Below, piece by piece: positions 59,055 through 64,000 of a stretch of DNA of 64,000 nucleotides; the stretch's first letter is position 1; each line of letters starts with the position of its first letter. The stretch spans positions 40,920,001 to 40,984,000 of the forward strand of contig OZ024755.1 of assembly GCA_964016885.1 (NCBI GenBank), written 5' to 3'. Source of the stretch: Eledone cirrhosa. Its lineage: Eukaryota. Made by a program: the position numbers and the translations under genes. The notes under the pieces are model-generated. The model worked only from the letters and a program-made list of their open reading frames with translations, was not told where the DNA came from and did no database searches.

Positions 59055-59505
59055 GCTCTTTCTTAGGGCCTTTCTACATTGGTTAGCTAATTTCCCTCCA
59101 AGGGTAGCATCCACAAACATGACACTCTGGTATCTCTGGTTGTCGTACCATGAGGTGGTTTTCCCTATCTTATGTTTAGTCCTATCTTAAGCTATTCCAT
59201 GATTTGCTCCTGTACAATGGGCAAATTCCTTTCATGTCCAGTTCCATGAGGGTTTTATACTTCTCCGTAGTTCCTTCGTATACTCTGACTCTGTCTCTTT
59301 GGTTGTAGCCAGAGAACTGCATGCGGTTGATGAAGTGTTGGATGTGTCTTTCCATTTCTGTTGGGTCGCACATGCGGGACACGTTCTTCATCACTCGTAC
59401 CAAGTCTGCGATCAGAATGTTAAACTTAGCACTACTGGACATTGCTGAGTTTTTGAGTATCAGGTATTTGGAGGCCATGGGTTTAGCGTGGTGTGAGTGG
59501 AGAAT
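59055..59505 (-). mobile_element. Penelope-like element RT thumb/linker fragment
   Basis: [52 protein letters not shown], then after a frameshift WYDNQRYQSVMFVDATLGGKLA. Confidence 0.8.
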
Positions 59506-59547
59506 TTGTATGTATATATATATGTATGTATATGTATATATATATAT

Positions 59548-59589
<42 letters not shown>

Positions 59590-59592
59590 ATA

Positions 59593-59628
<36 letters not shown>

Positions 59629-59647
59629 TATATATATATATATATAT

Positions 59648-60096
59648 AGGGCAAAGGAGCTCTTAAGAGTCAATGGCCATCCAAAATCACCAGGAGAGAT
59701 GACCCCTTAGCCTTTGTCAAGGCAGAATTCTAGGAGAAGGAAAACTCTGATATAACACCTGCAACTCTGATGGTATCCAATGATGTTGACTTGTTCTTCT
59801 TTTTGGTAAATATCATCTTGGTTAAGAGAGTGGGACTGGCTTTGTGCAGTGCCTTTGCTCACTATAAAAGCTTCACGGCACAGGCATTGCTTTATATCTG
59901 GAGATGTCTCTGCACTTGTCGTCACATGGTACCATGGGCCCAGCGCTGTGTGTCAATAATTGTTACAAGTGTAGTGTTTGTACCAGAGTTTTCAAGTCGC
60001 TGGCTGGACTAAAAAGTCACTCGTTCAGCGCATCGGTAGTGGTTCTCCTACATGGATATAAAGTAGTGGCCGTACTCGAAAACGAGTTGGCAGCCA

Positions 60097-60100
<4 letters not shown>
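59648..60100 (+). mobile_element. Non-autonomous RTE-derived element, copy 3 (5'-truncated)
   Basis: Highly similar to 46235-46687. Confidence 0.85.
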
Positions 60101-60147
<47 letters not shown>

Positions 60148-60191
60148 CGACCCTATTCGAATTCTCTCTGGTTTTTGGTGTTTGTATTCAT

Positions 60192-60368
60192 TGTGGATTG
60201 GCAGTATCAGTAGAGGGTTGGTCACCATGTTTGCCCCATAGAGTTACGGTCTGAGTTCAAATCCCGCCGAGGTTAACTTTGTCTTTCATCCTTACAGGGT
60301 CGATAAAATAAAGTACCAGTAATGCACTGGGTAATTGCTGGCCTTGTGCCAAAAGTAGAAACAATTAT

Positions 60369-60370
<2 letters not shown>
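60192..60370 (+). mobile_element. tRNA-derived SINE, young family
   Basis: Family match. Confidence 0.9.
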
Positions 60371-60412
<42 letters not shown>

Positions 60413-60423
60413 TATAGAAATGA

Positions 60424-60470
60424 CCTCTACAGGACAAGAACTGTTTCATTCGGAAGAAATCATCAGGAAG
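60424..60470 (-). ncRNA. Type I hammerhead ribozyme with a genuine stem III
   Basis: CUUC CUGAUGA U-UUC UUCC GAA-U GAAA CAG UUCUUGUC CUG UA GAGG; 4-bp stem III ACAG/CUGU, GUA triplet. Confidence 0.75.
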
Positions 60471-61344
60471 CTCTGATTAGTCTCAACAAAAAGTTCATAG
60501 CTGCTACCCTTCCTACACTTACATCAAGAAATTCACTTCGCAAATATTAGCTCCCAGGTTCGAACTCACTGCATGTTATTTTCGGTGGATCGAACCATTC
60601 CATGTGAGTGAAATTGTGTAGACAGAAACTGCTTGGAAGCCCGACGACTGATGATCTATACCTGTAACACAAAGTGCCAGTCTTGTCACACTCCGTCAAG
60701 GTAAATCTCCCTAGAATTAAGTTAAGCGTACACGTGTCTGTATCATAGTTAGTCACTTACATGAGCAGAATGACCCGTTGATCGGTCAATTGGAATAGTC
60801 ACCGCCGAACCCAAGGGTCCATTCCTTACGAATGAAATATTACCATGTGCACTAATGATTCACTTTACTATTCTATTCCCGCTTTTATTCGTGGTTTCGT
60901 TTACATATTTAGATCTATCGTATATATACTTCCTCGGCTCTCACCAATGGCACGGTTTATTTTGGCATATTTCCGTGATTATATTTTGATAGTACAGTCT
61001 TCTGGTTTATTTAATTGTATTTTCTTTAGATCTCCAATGTTTGCTTCTCTGCATCAGGTCTGAAACTATTTCCAGTCGCTTCATTATCTACACAACTCTC
61101 TTACTTTCGTCCGCCCCTTCTCACTCTCTTCTGCACCAGTCTATTTCTAATTTCTGTCAGGTATTTCTGTAATCTAACTCTAGATATATTACGGTGGTTT
61201 CTTCCTTGAGTGATGGGCTTTAAATTAGTTTACCGCAGCTTTTCACTTCAGGGTATCACTTCAGGGTAGATATATTATTAGATTGTTTAATTATTATTAT
61301 CACATTTTGATGTTGTTGTTGATCTTTTCAAATATTATTATCAT

Positions 61345-61495
61345 TTAACCTCGGCGGGATGGTCTGAGTTCAAATCCTTTCATCCTTACGGGGTCGATAA
61401 AATAAAACCCCAGTCACGCCCTATGGTCGATTTAATCGACTTTTCCCCCTCCCCCAAAATTGCTGGCCTTGTGCCTATAGTAGAAACCATTATTA
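61345..61495 (+). mobile_element. Rearranged SINE of a related subfamily
   Basis: Inverted TTAACCTCGGCGGGAT precedes the B box; (TTA)n tail. Confidence 0.75.
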
Positions 61496-61965
61496 TTATT
61501 ATTATCGTCTATTTGACGGAGCTGTAATCCTGGGTCAAACGGAGACCTGGGGGAGGGAGGGGAACTTAGAAGCTAGAATGTCTTCAGACGCTCACAGCTG
61601 TCACCTATCGGACACTACGATCGGTGACATTGTATAATTTATGGTTTCAAGCTTGATGTTCATACATTAAGTGATGTCATAACTTTTACAATATTATGCT
61701 TTGTATATAACAGTGTCTTCACTTCTCTATTTCATGATGCGCTTTTACTGTTGTCAAACAAATGTATACCTAGACTGGATTTCTGTTGTCACATGGTATA
61801 ACGGATGACACCGAGCTCACATATTAATTATTTCGCTGGAATAGTGCCTATGGTTTTGATGTTTACATAAAGTACGTTTTTCTTCTATGTATTCAAATTT
61901 ACTTTTAGTTTAATGAGCTACATCGAAAGCTACTTGAACCGCCCAAAGGACAGATAGTTTAGCTA

Positions 61966-62018
<53 letters not shown>

Positions 62019-62169
62019 AAAAGTGTGGGCGTAAGAAAACGTTCTATACAGATCACGTTTTCTAAGGAAAAGGATAATAAAAGATAACGCACCTTGTATA
62101 TATATAAAAACATAAAGTTCCCCTTTTTTTAAATATATACAAGGTGTGTTTTCTTTTATCCTTTTCCTA

Positions 62170-62213
<44 letters not shown>

Positions 62214-62218
<5 letters not shown>

Positions 62219-62404
62219 TGCTCTCGAGTGCTACTGGTAACAATAACCCAGTACAACCTGTCCCATGGTCGGGTCATCGGCGACTAAACCGGCAACCCCA
62301 CCAAGCTTGCTTGATAAGGAGGGTGATATTTGGACACCCTGCAGGATGAAATACAAGACCCGGCAAAGGGCGGAGCAACACAGCAGAGTCATTGACCATC
62401 CAAA
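62214..62404 (+). mobile_element. Diverged RTE 5' UTR fragment
   Basis: GTGCTACTGGTAACA..CCCAGTACAACCTGTCCCATGGTCGGGTC, homologous to the 5' end of the element at 22856. Confidence 0.75.
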
Positions 62405-62753
62405 TAGTATTTTTTATTTTGGGGTTTTGTGAGGGCTATCGTTGCATTTTCCGTGGCAAACATTTTCACCGAAGATATGCGTCGTTCCAAAAAGTGTGGT
62501 TGGTCCTACACAAGCCTTCACCACTTAAAACAAAACTTTGTGTGGGTAGTTCAACATAAGTTTACTTTCTCATATTTCCGCCGGTCTTTTGCGGTATTGA
62601 AATGTCACATGCGACACCGCCATCCAGAGAGCTGAACTTTTGTTGGACACTCATACGTCAGATATTGACGGGAGAGTCCATTATATATATATACAATCCT
62701 TATTGAACACACTTCGGATTCTGGTCTTCGTAATTATAATTACTATCATATAT

Positions 62754-62964
62754 ATTTGGCTTGTATCCCCCCCCCCCCTAAATATTATTTTGGCTTAAGT
62801 TTGATATATTTTAATTACTTCTCTGAGTAGTTAACTCATTAGTACATCTTATCGTTTCATTGAGATGTTTACGTAAACATCTAATGTATAAGATATACTA
62901 ATAAATATATTAAACATAAGCCAAAAGTACATTTTGGGGGATATAAGCCAAATCGGCGACACTA
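62754..62964. mobile_element. Small MITE with ~50-bp inverted arms and hAT-like right end
   Basis: ATTTGGCTTGTATCCCCC..TTTTGGCTTAAGTTTGATATATTT is inverted at 62903-62953; the right end reads TAGTGTCGCCGATTTGG on the minus strand. Confidence 0.65.
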
Positions 62965-63235
62965 AATCCGGCTTTAACTTTATATAATACCCAGAACATG
63001 GTTTCTGCAACTGAAGGTTCAACATCAGGAATTCCAAGATATTGGAATAACCAATATTGGAAGAATTTAAGTTCCATCATCGGGAAGTGAATTCTTAGAA
63101 ATAAGGGGACCAGTTTTTGTTTTTGCACCCCCTCCTCTTTTTTCTTTTTTCTCTCTATCTTTTGTACGTTTATATTTGTAATGTTTATAATGTTATTTAC
63201 GCATTTGTAACTGTGAATAAAAGTTTATTTAATAC

Positions 63236-63690
63236 TAGCAGAATGGCCCGGCGTTACTCGGGATTTGCTCTAGGGTTCTTATATATTTGATATATATTTA
63301 TCCTTATTGAGCCTCGTCAAATAAATACGTTTATTTATATTTTGTTATTGTGTATGCAAAAATATCTGTACACGAATGTATAATTATATATATATCTATA
63401 TATCTAAAACAGAGAATGTCTGTCTGTCTGTCAGCTCACTAAAACTTGAGAACCACCCAACTGATTGTTTTCAAACTTTACACATGTAATACTTATGGTC
63501 CTGTCAGTGTTTTGAGCAAAAAATATTTCAAATTTTCAATGCCCTAGGGACCGCATTAGGCGATTTAGTGATCTCTCTCTCTATAATTCTTAGTCTTTCT
63601 TTATAGATAGATACATAGATATAACGTTGCGCCCTTATAATATCTGTCTGTATGTCTGGCTGTCTGCATTACGTCATTATGACGCGATCA
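63236..63690. mobile_element. Helitron-like fragments (3' end on minus at 63236; 5' part on plus from ~63395)
   Basis: A|CTAG..CCCGGCGTTACTCGGG; 63395-63560 resembles 29870-30045 and 63633-63685 resembles 29595-29645. Confidence 0.6.
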
Positions 63691-64000
63691 GTGTGTGTGT
63701 GTGTGTATATATATGTATCGTAATGCAGACAGTAAGACATATAGCTTTCCTTCCTCTCTTCCAACATCTCTCTCTCTCTCTCCCGCTATCCCCCTCTTTT
63801 AGTCTGTCTGTTTCTTTCACTCTCACTCTTTCTCTTTATAACTCACATTAATACTAAAGGGTTAAGGTATTGTTCTCAAAATAAATAATATTAAATCTAT
63901 GAGATTTTTATATTATGTGCGATAAAGCCTTTACCATGAAAATAATATAGTATATATAGAGTAATGTAAATGCTAAAGGGTTAATTCCATCAGACCATGT

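Noticed and set aside
62410-62670. Tc1-like transposase relic
   Set aside because: No convincing DDE motif could be read.

Overview
Eukaryotic, AT-rich, repeat-saturated DNA. The tRNA-derived SINE families resemble those I recall from octopods, so a coleoid cephalopod source is likely (inference). The window is almost entirely intronic. There is one convincing + strand coding exon (14364-14920) of an unidentified, disordered, proline-rich protein. Around it lie a 9.8-kb 47-bp satellite with higher-order structure, several multi-kb (TA)-derived arrays, a 200-N scaffold gap, and decayed mobile elements: SINEs; RTE, CR1 and R4/Dong LINEs; Penelope-like elements (PLEs); Helitrons; and Merlin, Tc1/mariner, pogo and hAT elements. 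Most ORFs in the supplied track are microsatellite artefacts. The strongest hidden signal is six well-formed minimal type I hammerhead ribozymes plus several decayed ones. They share no obvious sequence beyond the core and mostly sit beside (TA)n tracts or PLE remnants. Five have no real stem III, each carrying a different self-complementary 4-6-mer instead. Other leads are a structured GC-rich RNA domain in a PLE 3' region, a 3.3-kb AT quasi-palindrome, a TGT...ACA fold-back family, two Merlin elements with similar transposase but different TIRs, and a GC-rich duplicated insert whose copies differ only at third codon positions. All calls are by eye; no searches or folding programs were run.
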